A stretch of 64,000 bases of DNA from Podarcis cretensis (Eukaryota). The notes below the pieces were generated by a model. That model was not told where the DNA came from, searched no databases, and saw only the letters and a list, made by a program, of their open reading frames with translations. The stretch covers positions 46,996,001-47,060,000 of the forward strand of contig OX638152.1 of assembly GCA_951804945.1 (NCBI GenBank). Direction: 5' to 3'. Position 1 is the stretch's first letter; every line of letters starts with the position of its first letter. Made by a program: the position numbers and the translations under genes. This document shows, one piece after another, positions 49,162 to 61,800 of the stretch.

Positions 49162-50030
49162 TTGAGGCCAGAGAAAAACAATTCTCCCCAATCCTCTGGC
49201 CAAAGACTCTTTGTACTCCTGCTCTGGAAGTCCATTTGCCCTTTTTGGGCAGGTGGCTTTTTGGGTGGGCCCCAGGCCTCCTCTGGGAACTGGTCTATTG
49301 CAGGCTGGGCCGTCCTCCTACTGCCAAATTGGCCCATGGCAAAAGGAATCTATAGATGGCATTCCCCTGGGCGTGGGACCAACTGATCAATAGCAGTGCC
49401 TGGTCCCGTGCCCAGAGCAAGGATAAATGCCCGGCCTGCTGGGCATTTTGACCTCTCACTCACCATGCCAGTTCTCCCACCCACACTCCCTCAGATTAGG
49501 GTTTTTGCCGATGGTACAACCTTGCTATGGACAATGTCGGTTGTTGGATTTAGGGGCTGGGCAGGATTTTTTCCCATCTAGCAAATTGGCACCGCTATTT
49601 GGGTATTCACCTACCTCATAGCAATCATCTCAAAATTGTAAGGCAGATAGGGATTGGTTAAGCATAATCTTCGTTGGAGGGGAGGTTGTAGCCTCCGCCT
49701 GCCCCTCCACGGGTAAGGGTATTCTGTTAAAAGGATCTGGGAAGAGTGGCTCCTGTCCAATACCCAGAAGGGGGCTAGGGCCAGACCACTGCTCCAATGG
49801 AGACCACTTGGGGGACACCCCTATTTGACATAGGTCATAGGGCGTGTCCCCCCCCCCCGGCTTCACCCTTAGAAACACTCCCAGAGGACGGGCGAGAGTA
49901 AAATATGCAGTTGCTTACCTCAATGTCTATGACCAAACCTTTACATCTGTAAGCAATAAAGTTGTGGCCATATTTAATACCAAACCAATATGTGTCTAGG
50001 GAACAGGGTGGTTACGGGCCTCACCACACT
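49162..50030 (+). mobile_element. ~870-bp GC-rich terminal-repeat-like element A (solo LTR or DIRS/Ngaro-type repeat)
   Basis: Shares ordered blocks with 52707-53566: TTGAGG start, TCCCACCCAC, ACCTTGCTATGG, TTCACCTACCTC, CAATAAAGTTGTGGCCAT, ACTAATAAT end. No TSD. Confidence 0.6.
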
Positions 50031-50689
50031 AATAATACGAAGTTAGATTTGCCTCTTACGTGCTTGTAGAGAAAGCTGAAAGCTTCTGCTATTTTGGGCA
50101 AAAGCGTAATTGCACATACAAATAATATATTACACCAATACTGCTTTTATTAACGAGCATCCCAGAATTTAGCTAGAGCTATATAAACTTTCTTTCATAT
50201 TTTATCTAGTAGTGCTATATATTGAATGTGCTTGCTTTTTTGCTAGTAATACTCTGAACTACCTGCTTTGCTAGCCCTCATTTCCTCCCCCAGGGACTTT
50301 GCCATTCACAAGTTTCCAACTTTACAAGGACATTGAAATGACCAAAAGGGGAATGCAAAACATCCAGTAGTGAGGTTTCAGTGTAAGTCCCTGAATCTTC
50401 TGGCCAACAAAAGGTGAAGGGTGCTATTAGGGAGGATTAATGGACTGCTGGGAAAAGAATTGGCTTATTTGCATTAATCTTTATGATTAAAGATGGAGCA
50501 GATACCACTGTTACACAGTATGATACAAGTGTGCCGTAGCATTACAGCAAATCTCTAAAGGAAAGATCAGGGAACATTGTGGGAATTCCAAGCCAAGTAA
50601 ATCACCATGCCTGAGGAATTTAAATAGGCCCTTAATGCAAATATAGCACAAGCAATATTTAAAGATGTATATAGTTGCGAATATTACAA

Positions 50690-51290
50690 TGAAAACTGAA
50701 ATTAGAGACTGATGAGCTTCTCGGTCCTAATTCAGGAGAGGTTGAGAAAGAATAAGGAGAAAATAATGCCCTACTTGGATAAGCATAAATTGATAAGGTC
50801 AAACCTCTGTGAAAAGAAAATCTTGCCTCTTTGAGACATCACTGTTCTTGGAAAGAGTTAATCAAACAGGATAAAAGAAGGTCTTTTTCAAGTAATTTAC
50901 TTGGATTGTCAAAAGCCTCTGATGAGACTATTAAGGAAAATAACCACAGGGTAGGGAGGTAAAATCCTGTTGTGGATTAAAAATTAGCTAAGTGATAGGA
51001 AACAAAGACTTGTAATTAATGGCTGCTTCTCAGAGTGGAAAGAAGTTGAGTGAAGCACTCCAGGGATCAGTATTGGGATAAGTGTTCAATATACTTAATA
51101 ATGGTTTCAGTGAGGAAATCAGCTGAGAGAAAGGGAAATTGAGAAATAACACAAAGCTTGTTTATAGCTCTGAAGGATAAAACAGACTGGGAAATTCTAA
51201 AGGACAAATACAAATAGGGAATCAGCACAACAATGTCAAGAAAGGACAAGGTAATGTACACTGGTGGTAATGATTTCACATCTTAGTACA
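50690..51290 (+). mobile_element. Highly degraded CR1 RT fragment
   Basis: Remnants ttacttggattgtcaaaagcc (YLDFQKA-like), aggaaacaaagacttgtaattaatgg, cagggatcagtattggga (QGSVLG). Confidence 0.6.
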
Positions 51291-52706
51291 TATTAATTAG
51301 CACTTGGGGAGGAACATAATCCAAAAAGGAAGAAAGTGAGTAAGTGAATGTTTTAAGAAAGTGAGCTCACTTTTCGTAGTTACATAGGTTATTTGTGGGG
51401 CATAGGAAATCGTTCATTTCCCCCCCCCAAAAAAAAAAATATAGCCCACATGGTCTGAGGGATGGTAGACTGGCCCACGGCTGAAAAAGGTTGTTGACCC
51501 CTGCTCTAATTTGTTCATGGATGGGAAGCTAGAATTTAAGCTAGGTTTGAAAGGCCCTTATCTCACCCACCCACCCGTAATACTCCTCACACACACTCTC
51601 TAACAGCCAGTGCTATTTTTTTTCTAGAAAAAGAGCTGGCTGAGCTCACCAAGAACACCTGCCCTGTTCTCTTAAAATGGCAATGGCAGCCGCCAGAGAG
51701 ATGCCTGATCTGAGTTGTGGCTAAAGAAAAGCCCTGCTAACAGCCTACTGTAAGGTAGTAAAAAAACCTTCCTATTTAGGAAAGCTTTTGAAGCCATGTC
51801 AATTGTTGTATTGTATTTAAATCATTTTTTATTGTCACTGTATTTATAATATCTCTTCCCTTCCCTGAGGTTTTAGTGGTTTATAGCTGCTTAAATTTAT
51901 TTGTCGCTGCTCTTAAATTACTTTAATAGCTGGGGTCCTAATTCTACAATTCTATGATTCTATTATTTTGATTTATTATATCCCGCTAATGTATTTGGAA
52001 AAGTAGAATATAAATGTTTTAAATAAATAAACACACTGCTTATAGACAGGTAGCATCTGCAACACTAAGCACGTGAGGTAAGAGCATTTTAAATGTTATG
52101 GAGCACAGACATGGGTAAATGCGTTCCAGATGTTTCCAGGTGGGGCCTATCATGTTTCAATTGGTCCTGAATGTTTATTATTAAATGAATACTAACTGGA
52201 GTCCATTCTTGGTCATTTCATAAGAGTTCAATATCAAGATTACATAGTATTTTGACATAGTAGAGCTCATCACAAGCAGCAACATTCTGCAAGCATCGAA
52301 TGGCAAATGAAATGTTTAAAGGAAGATACCAAGGTAGTAAAAGCATTAAACAGCTGCAGAATCCAACCGGTAAAATATTCCTGTTAAAGCATTTGAGATG
52401 CATGTAAATGTAAACCTCTCTCACAGAAATTACTTAAATGTCCTCAGAAAATAAAGAGGAAGGGGTAGGGAGCAGGAAAGCTACTACTGCTGTGCTTTAC
52501 ATCAGCATTTAGATCTATTAGCTACCTGTGCTGGCCTGTTTAATTAAACTCTCTGCTGGAAGTGAATAGCTTTTTCTATCAAACATTACCATTTTGAGCT
52601 TCACTGCAAGATATATTTTCTTTGAAAGTAGTAGTACTTTCATAAGGCTTTCGCTCCAGCAGTGTTAAAGGCAACTATTTGGGGTTTGTTTCCCCTCCTG
52701 AACAGT

Positions 52707-53566
52707 TTGAGGGAGAATAGGTTTTCAGTTAAAAGTGACAAGCCTATACTGACACCACTTCTAAGCTTTGTAGAACAGGCCAGTGCCCCTTCCGATCTTC
52801 AGGAGGAGGGGGGGTTGTGGGATCACGACCCCGCCCACACTCACTCTGCGAGGCTGGCGTCAGCCTCGCAGGAGACAGGGATTCACCCAATTAGCATACC
52901 CTGTGGCGCCAGCCAATTGGCTGGCGGCAGGGGCGGGCCTTCCTAGGGCCACTTAAGGTCAGGGCAGCCCCTGGCTCGCCCCCTTTCTTCCCTGGAGACG
53001 ACGCAGTTTCCCACCCACCCGCCCTTTAGGTTTTGCCACTGACCTTGCTATGGGCTTCGGCTGGTCGCCGCAAGGGGCCTGGTAGGAGTTTTTCCATTTG
53101 GCTAATTGGCTGGTTTTGTGAGCCACTTGGTTTTTTCACCTACCTCGTAGCAAATCGTCACAACTCCCTCGGTTTTGGCGGTAGGCATTGGCCGGGGTAT
53201 TATCATGCAGATGAGGTTGGGGGGGAGGAACGCCATCACCTCCCCCAATGCTTGAAGGGTAGTTCGTTAAAGGACTCCGAGGGGCGACGCCTCGTCCGAA
53301 ACCTACGGAGGCTAGGGCCTAAAGCGCGCCCCCGAGCGGTAACCCCTCGGGGAGCGCCTAGGGATATGCATCTCGGGTGGCTCCCCCTGTTGGTGTTTAA
53401 CCCTTCCCGGTCAGACCGGATAGTCGGTTAGGGCCAATGCCTAAAGCCAATACCCTTCTTTCCTGTAATCAATAAAGTTGTGGCCATTTTCGCCCATTAA
53501 CCTAAAACTCTGTGTCCGTTGTCTTCATTTATTCCACCTGTGGGGGGGAGGGAATAGCCACACAAC
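52707..53566 (+). mobile_element. ~860-bp CpG-rich terminal-repeat-like element B (same family as A)
   Basis: Same blocks as element A. CCAAT and GC boxes near 52890-52940, AATAAA at 53471. High CpG retention. Confidence 0.62.
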
Positions 53567-54184
53567 TAATAATTGTTTTTGGTCTTCCCAAAAAGTGCTT
53601 TCTTTGAAGTTTAACCCAGTATGATATGACACCCTTATCTGGCTAAAGAGTTCCAGCTATGTTATTGGTACTGTTACTGGGCTAAAAAGTTCAGTGTTCC
53701 CCTTCAGAGAAATGGTAACATACTGTATGGAAAACTGTGAGCTAACATGTCAGGTCAAGAAGGCAGTGAAATATGGCTCCCCGCCCACTTCTCTGACCAA
53801 GCTGGAGGAGGTGGCCTTGGGTGTGATGTTGGAGAACTATTTTCAATATCCAAGTGAGTGGTCCCACCCATCTTGAAAGGCTCCCTGGATTGAATTGGTT
53901 TCTGACAACTATTGCCCAGTTGCAAAAAGCCCATTTTCTGACAAAATGATGAAGAGGGTCACAGTGAGGACAGTTGCAAGCACTCTTGGATACACACCTC
54001 AGCGTCTCACTGGCTTGGTCACCCCCCCCCCGAATTCGCGGCGCAGAGCCGCCTGCAGCAGAGCCTGTTGCAGCATTCTGACCAACAGGCAGGCTCTTCC
54101 CCCGAACTCAACTCTCAGGTCCTGGACTCTTGGCCTGGCGCCCATGAGAGCCTGGCGCCTGGGTGCCCCACACCCCTAGCACCT

Positions 54185-54780
54185 ATGGGTAAGATGGCCC
54201 TGGATATGGCCAAATCTGGGATAGCCTGGCCACTGTTGTCCATGTACTGGTAAGCCTCCAGATTGGATTACTACTGAACTGCACTCTATGTGGGGCTGTC
54301 CTCGAGGATGGCCCAGAAGCTTTAGCTAGTGAAAAACGCAGCATGTAGACTGCACATTGGGACAGACTGCCACCATTAATTTAAACTGTCACTGAAAGAA
54401 TTGCAACTGCAATAGCAAAGAATAGTTGCCAATAAGCTACTAGGATAAGTTCAAGGTGCTAGGACTAGTGTCAAAAGTCCTATACAAATTGGGACCAGGA
54501 TATCCAAGATAACTCAATTTATCTACTATTTAATCAGGAATTCCATTCCATATGAGGTAGGAAATGAACCTTTAGTGTGGTAGCAACTACTCTTTGTTGT
54601 TCCTTTAGTGAGGTGTGATCTCTATTATCTTTTTGGAGATAGCTGCCTACTGAAGATTTGTCTTTTCAACCAGCATTTTTATATCTATACTGTAATTCAT
54701 ATTATTCCTTAATATAGGTTTTTATTGTTGATGTTTTTATTGTTAAATCATTTCGGAATGTTTTATGGGAAGCTATAAAC
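54185..54780 (+). mobile_element. Degraded L2 3' fragment
   Basis: cctccagattggattactactgaactgcactctatgtggggctg parallels L2 43905-43945; ttcaaggtgct parallels FKVL. Confidence 0.55.
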
Positions 54781-54831
54781 AAACCAACAAACCAACAGAC
54801 AAACTGAATGATGAAACACTTTTTCTTTGTA

Positions 54832-55057
54832 CAGTGGTACCTCGGGTTAAGTACTTAATTCGCTCCAGAGGTCCATTCTTAACCTGAAACTGTTCTTAAC
54901 CTGAAGCACCACTTTAGCTAATGGTGCTTCCTGCTGCTGCCGCACTGCCGGAGCACGATTTCTGTTCTCATCCTGAAGCAAAGTTCTTAACCTGAGGTAC
55001 TATTTCTCGGTTAGTGGAGTCTGTAACCTGAAGCGTATGTAACCTGAGGTACCACTG
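54832..55057. mobile_element. Tigger-like MITE
   Basis: TA|CAGTGGTACCTCGGGTTA ... TAACCTGAGGTACCACTG|TA, with internal (TAACCTGA) repeats. Confidence 0.88.
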
Positions 55058-55588
55058 TATGTGCTGTGTTGCAATCAGACAGCTCATGTAACATCAAACC
55101 ATAGTTAGTGATATATACTGTAGATTCCAGAGTATTAGGCGACTGGGCAGACAGCAGCAGTGGGTGGCGGGCTCGGCGCCAGAAGGAAGCCGCCCAGCGA
55201 TGCCAGCTTAGGTACTGATTGCTAAAAAAAGAAGGAAAATATATGTATAGATGTGAGCAGAAATAGAAATACTATAACTGAAATAAAATACAATACATCA
55301 CACTAAGTATGGAATATTGTGACCAAATTAACCTGTGTGCCTGCTCTGTCTGCTGCCCAGATGCTCTTGATGGGCTACTTCAAGGTCCCCACTCTCCCAA
55401 TCCATGGTTCCTATCCTTAAAACAGACCTGAACCAGAAAACCCTTCAAACAAACTTTCTTATAGAAGGCTGCCCTCTGTAAAATAGGACATTTGTCCACT
55501 AGCAATATATGAACTAGTCATTGGTTCACATGTTTCTTTTTTTCCACTTGCGGGTAAAATTAAATTAGCTACTTCTTACTTAAGACAA

Positions 55589-55962
55589 GGGACGCGGGTG
55601 GCGCTGTGGGTTAAACCACAGAGCCTAGGGCTTGCCGACTGGAAGGATGTCTGTTCGAATCCCTGCGACGGGGTGAGCTCCCGTTGCTCGGTCCCTGTTC
55701 CTGCCAACCTAGCAATTCGAAAGCCTGTCAAAGTGCAAGTAGATAAATAGGTACCGCTCCAGTGGGAAGGTAAACGGCGTTTCTGTGCGCTGCTCTGGTT
55801 TCGCCAGAAGCGGCTTAGTCATGCTGGCCACATGACCCGGAAAAACTGTCTGCAGACAAACGTTGGCTCCCTCAGCCAGTAAAGCGAGATGAGCGCCGCA
55901 ACCCCAGAGTCGTTCGCAAGTGTACTTCACTGTCAGGGGTCCTTTACCTTTACCTTTTTATG
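55589..55962 (+). mobile_element. Sauria SINE (Squam1-type), full length
   Basis: Same head and (ACCTTT)n tail. TSD TAAGACAA at 55581-55588 and 55963-55970. Confidence 0.9.
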
Positions 55963-56144
55963 TAAGACAAGCCATAGTTTGCTACTTCAGATGTAATGGC
56001 AAAGCATGATTTTTAGTATTTGGTAACTAATGAATAAAATTTGAGTTTGCTAGCCTCCTGCATGTTCCTAATTCTCCAATGCACATTAGATGTGCCTGGT
56101 GTTGTTATACCTAATCCTTTACTGTAGTCTCAGGTCCACACATT

Positions 56145-56308
56145 TCATAGAATCATAGAATTGTAGAATTGGGAGGGACCACAAGGGTCATCTAGTCCAA
56201 CCCCCTGCAATTCAAGAATCTTTTGCTCAACGTTAGGCTCAAACTCATGACTCTGAGATTAAGAATTTCATGTTGTACTGACTGAGCTCTCACAGACTGA
56301 GCTATCCC
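56145..56308 (-). mobile_element. Squam2-like SINE
   Basis: (ATCATAGA)n tail and reversed tRNA-like head; homologous to 44661-44790. Confidence 0.75.
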
Positions 56309-58011
56309 ATGGGGATGAAAAAGTCAGTGAGTGAATGTTTTACAACAGAATCAGGCAACTTGAAAGTTTGCACCATGTTGTAGGTATTTCTATTCAAATT
56401 AGAAAGTGCACCATCCCCTAATAAGCATTACTGTATACTATTCTGAACTGCATCTATTCTCAATATACTGCCATTAAAATCACTGGGAAATTTCTATACA
56501 GTACAGGTATTATTTGTATAACTGGATCTATAACTGGATCTGCAGCAAAAAGTAGTTAGCAGTAAAGAAAGAATATTACTATCCCTCATATTTTGACTGA
56601 ATTTCATTATCATGAATATAAAGCAATTATCATTGAAAAGATGCACTCTCAAAACTGAATGCACCGCTGAGAATTGCTCTACAAAAGGGATCTTCAAATA
56701 CTGACAAACAAGTCCCTCCAGACTGTCATGCTGGCTGATTTTATCTACTGCTGGTGTCCTTGCTGGCTTAACAAAAAGAAGATCAAGAGTTTTCCTGGAT
56801 ACTTGGTATTGGGACAAATACACAATGCTATGAGCTGATGTTTCAGCTAAGAACACTGTAACAAGTTTTGAAAGTATAAGCAATGAAACACATACATTTT
56901 TTAGCCGATGACTTAGGCCAGACACTGACCTTTAAAAAAATAGTGAACAAATAGGTCTTATTTTTGAATGGAATGTGGAATAACAGAACCATTGCTATGC
57001 ACTGATACCTTTTGACCAACGACAGTTTCTGGTTAAACAACCTTTACAAGGATTTCAAGCACTACAAGGATCCACTGAAGCAGTTAGACCAGGGTGAGAA
57101 TGCAGCCAAAGAAACGAGTGGACACACCATGACTAATAATGGTCCTCTCATTTCCAGCTCTTAATACAAAAAGGAACAAGCAATTATCCAAAAGCTACTA
57201 ACTCTACATGCACCACCTGCAAACTTAGATCTTTTAAAATGGCCATGCTCCATCAGGGGTTCCAACTTGAATAAAATATTGTGGGGGCCCAGGTAAGTCC
57301 CACCCCACATAATTAACCGCATGACACAGTGCACACACACCATTTGAATGGGAATGCCCATCAAATATTTTATTGTGGAGGCTGTAGCCCCCATGGCCCC
57401 TAGGAGTTGGCTCCTATGTGTTCCATTCATTTGTAAAATACTTTCTTCCAAGCTAGGCTGAGTCACTTCAGACACTGAAGTCTGTGTGGAAGAGAAGCAC
57501 CTTAAGGAGAGCCGTGGAGGGAAAATAACGGTAGGAGGAGGGCTCAGTGTTCTTCCCTCTTTAAACTGCACTCAATCACCACCACAAATATATATGAATT
57601 GGTTCAGACCCATGCTTCAATACAAAAGGTCTTCTGTCCAAATTTGTAATTTGGACTGGTGTCTGGAAAACAGAACATAAGGATTGACTTCTAAGTGAAG
57701 ATACAGGGGAAATGAATTTGCACCGGGAAAAAATTCCACTGCTGCAGTGGTGGTGGTGGTAGGACCTCTATAAATAAAACAATTTGGTGTTTTTCCTCCG
57801 TGTCTCATAAAACTAACTAGAAGATGGCACCATCCTAACGTTGTGGGATTGGAGGAGAACTATTGCTGATTCTTATATATAACAACAATAAGAGAACCTT
57901 CTTTGGACTTCTTGCATTGAAAGAAATGAATGAACTGAAAAGTCTCAGACTGAAGATTGGAAAAACATCACCTAGCAGAGGGAGGAACAGTGGAATATTA
58001 ATCTAGATTGG

Positions 58012-58085
58012 ACATTTGTGCAGGGACCATGCTAACATTTTACTATTTTGAAGAATTATCGTATATATTATTGACAGATGGATAC
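58012..58085 (-). pseudogene. Degraded U6 snRNA retrocopy fragment
   Basis: ttgtgcagggaccatgctaa matches the reverse complement of U6 at 18/20. A second block aattatcgtatat (11/13) lies at the correct 18-nt spacing. Confidence 0.5.
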
Positions 58086-58459
58086 CTGCAAGTCCTTTTC
58101 ACCTATTTCTTTTCATCTTGCTTTTTATCTTTATTCTTTTATTATTCTCTTTAATATTCTCTGTTACTCCATTTTGAAAAGCCTTAATAATACCATAATA
58201 AAAAAAGGAAAGTGATGGATTGAAGATGAAGGACTTTGTGCAAGAGGCTGGGTGGAGAGGATCTCTCAGGGTAAGAGACTGGAGAAAGAGGGGGAAGCTC
58301 CCAGGTGAGAGCTGGGAGGGTTCACCCTCCTTTTGTGGAATAAAGGTTAAGATATAATTCAAAAGAGAGTTTTTTTATTTTCCCCCTTCTCTTTTCCCCC
58401 TTTCTCTTTTCTTCTTTTTGATCTTTTAAAAATTGATTATTAAAAAGAAGAAACTGTCA

Positions 58460-58800
58460 CCATCCAATGAAGCCGAGTGGCAGAAGACTGAGGAAAGGAG
58501 AGAAAAGTGGAAGTACAAGAGTAAATAGTAAACTATGGAACTTGTTTTCACAAGATGTGATGATAGCAACCAAGTTGGATAGCTTTAAAGGAGGGTTAGA
58601 CAAATTCATTGTGGATAAGACAATCAATGGCTACTAGTCATGATGGCCATATACTACCTTCAGTATCAAAAATAGCATAAATACCAGTTGTTGGAGATCA
58701 TGAGCAAGAGAATGCTCTTGCACTCACACCTTTCTTGTAGGCTTTACACGGACATCTTAGTTGTGCACTGTTGGAAACAAAATACTGGACTAACTTGCTT
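58460..58800 (+). mobile_element. Degraded CR1 3' region
   Basis: tggatagctttaaaggagggttagacaaattcattgtggataagacaatcaatggctactag. Confidence 0.7.
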
Positions 58801-61800
58801 CAAGAGGCCTCTTGTGTCATAACTGAGTTCACAGAAAATTGCCATTAAATATAATAGGGTGAAATTAATATTAAGAATTGCCTAATGGGCCATTCATCCT
58901 CCATGATACAATATGATCTAAAACTAGAAAGAGAACAATCATTTGGGACATTTGATATCAAGACTGAACAAATCACAAGGAAACCTAGTATAAGAAGCAA
59001 TCTTTCTCCGGAAGAGAGACTAGGCGATCTAATAATGTCCCTAGTTTTTCCCTAATGTTATAAGATGACGTTGTCAATCTTGAGTTCATAATTCAATATT
59101 GTCCCTTCACTGAGTTATGGGACTGTGTTCCATGAAGCAGAGCCAGAAGCATTTTCTCTCCTATAGTCATTTAGCCCCAGAGATCCCGGTTTGATAAATA
59201 ACTTTTGTAAACATAGTTCTCATGGTTCCTTCAAAATCAGTCTCCTTCCATGTAAGCAGTGAGCAAACATATTACACTTCATCAATTAGTACAGAACTAG
59301 TTTTTCAAACCTGCATCCTGTGCTTAATTGGGAAATCTGCTTAAATGGGATGTCTCCCAGGAAACCAGTTTAAACCCAATGATACTTTACAGGAATGACT
59401 GGTGCTTAGCAAACTGAGCTCTTTTAATGGGAAAGCCTAAAGCAATTTTGTGGTGCTTAGTCCTTTATGCTTCTCGGGCTCCTATGATTTCTTCTTTAAT
59501 GGCTTTCTGACCTCCATAACCATTATTGTAATGAAGAAAATATATACATTGCCATCTGTTCCTATTTGCTTTCCCCTTTCATGACAAGTGTGGGTCAGTA
59601 GCAAGGACTGTGCACTTTTTCAGTAATTATCTTGTCTGCTTAAACTAAATGCTTTCCGTATTTGAAGTACTTTGTTCTAAGACCCAAGTACTATGAAGAA
59701 ATAAAAGCTCCTCATTTAGATTTCAAATAGCTTCCAAATTATTTGCTCTCTTTCTGTTCAGTTCAGGAATATTTCTTTCTGTCCTATCCAGAGCTGAACA
59801 TGAAGCAAATCTAAGGACAGCTAGAAGTACAAATATATTGTGCTCTTGTTGTTGCACATATCTGGTCTAGTTCAAAGAGCAGAGGGAGTGGCAGAATTAT
59901 CCCCTGAAGAACAAAACATTCCTCCCCACGAAAAAACAAAACATTTGAGAGCTAAACCTGATAAGATGGATCTACAAATGAAAGGTGGTAGTAGTAGTAC
60001 TGTAATAGTAGTAGTAGTAGTGGATGACCTGTTCTTTCAGGGTTGTACTCCCCCCTGAAATAACACATGTACATTCTAGTGGTGATTCAGCTCTGTTACT
60101 GGAATCACAAGTGATGTTAGTGGCTCAGAGTGCCTTTTGCACTTTTTACCCAATAATTTGGAAATTGGAAAGTGCTGCTTTGTAGTTTTAGCAATATGTC
60201 AGCAAATATGTCAGTAAAAAACAAAATGATTACTACAACTTTAGCTGCCCTTATGTTTTGAAATGTATTAAATGAAGTATTGTTCCTCATGATGATGTTT
60301 TGCAATAAAGGGCAGGTTATAAATATTTTAATGATTTAAAAAAAATAATAAATGAGGGGAAGGCTGTGTAGAAACCTTTTCTTCCTGACATGTAATTTTC
60401 TTTTTGGATGTACTTTGTTGCATGAAGAAACATCTAGTCACCTTAGCTGAAATCTTAACCGCATACAGGTTTACACCCCAACTGTTGTTTTGGAAGACAA
60501 CATGATAACGCAGTGTTGTCCCCAGGGGTATTCTATGGGGGGGGGGAGGCAGTTAGCAGCAAGTGAGTTCACCACCTACAAATGGATAGTGAAATTGTAG
60601 GGACATTTACAAGAAGTTACCCCACTTTCCCCTGTCACTACAGTCATGTGAGGCAGGTAAAGGCAAATTAGCTTAATGTAAGTGACCTTCATGGCTAAGA
60701 ATGTATTTGAATACGGGTCTCTTGGATCTTGGTTGACATTCTATTCACAACTTACTGGCTTCCCTGAAGCCCAAATTAGACAAGACACAGTCAACTTGGT
60801 AATCTTGTCAACAGAACAAATGCAGTTTTGTTAGTTTGTAAATGTAGATAGGGAATGGCGAGATGTTTCAAATCTGTTTGCCTTCTGACCATTCTCTCTC
60901 CCCTAAAGGAGCTTTCAAAGGAATTATCTGTCCTACACTGAATAGCATGGTAAGGGGTTTTGCCTCCCAGTGTTTTATAAACTCACAACCTGGTACAAAT
61001 GATTTAGTTCATATATTAACATCTTTGGTCTGCAGTTTCTTTCTCTCCTGCAGTTTCAAAAGGAAACTCGAGGACTTCTTTAGGATTAGCAAAGGCATTT
61101 TCCTAGCTACTCCTATGGGTATAGTTTTAGACTACAAAACATGTATCTTCCAAAGTCTCACAGATATAATTTCCGTAGAAGTTTGGGATGTTTTGATTGA
61201 TTTTAAAGGAAAATATTACAAACAGAATGGTAACTAGCAAATGAAAGGGGAAGGAAATATACAGAAGGGATGAAAAAGGCTTTAGCTATCAACACATATC
61301 AAATAAACATTGATCATAAAGTACATCAGCCGATGACTAATTGCAGTTTGCTCTCCAGGAGGCTGCAAGTTTATCCCATTTCGGAGATCAGTTTAAAGAA
61401 GCAGCTGCCACCTCCCTCTTTTTTAAAGATTTATAATATAATGGTTTTAGCAAACTTATGATTTCCCAAACCTTCATTAACTATTTTTTTTTATAAAATT
61501 ATTTAAAAAGCTTGAGCTCTCATAGTAGTAACAGTAAAAAAGAAAAAAAAAAAGTCCTGAACATATGAAAGCAAACCTTGTGTTTCTAGCAACCCCCCCC
61601 CCCAGGTGCATGTGCTGGCTACACATAATAAGTAAGTAATACTTTTATTGTGTATCCTATATTGTAAAAACAAGTAACTCTTAGATAAAACAGGCTGCTG
61701 AAAATGCTAGAAATTAGTACATAATGCATGCTGTCCCCAGGATGTATAGGTAACAGGCAGGAAACTGTGAGAAAGGAAATTCAGTAGACTCATCATTAGT

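Noticed and set aside
49162-53566. Elements A and B as the paired LTRs of one provirus
   Set aside because: They are far too diverged from each other, and the interior has CR1/hAT debris with no gag/pol.
52707-53566. CpG island or alternative ROBO2 promoter, and the 132-aa ORF at 53033-53431
   Set aside because: CpG richness is confined to a repeated element oriented opposite to ROBO2. The ORF has no recognisable motif and is not conserved in copy A.
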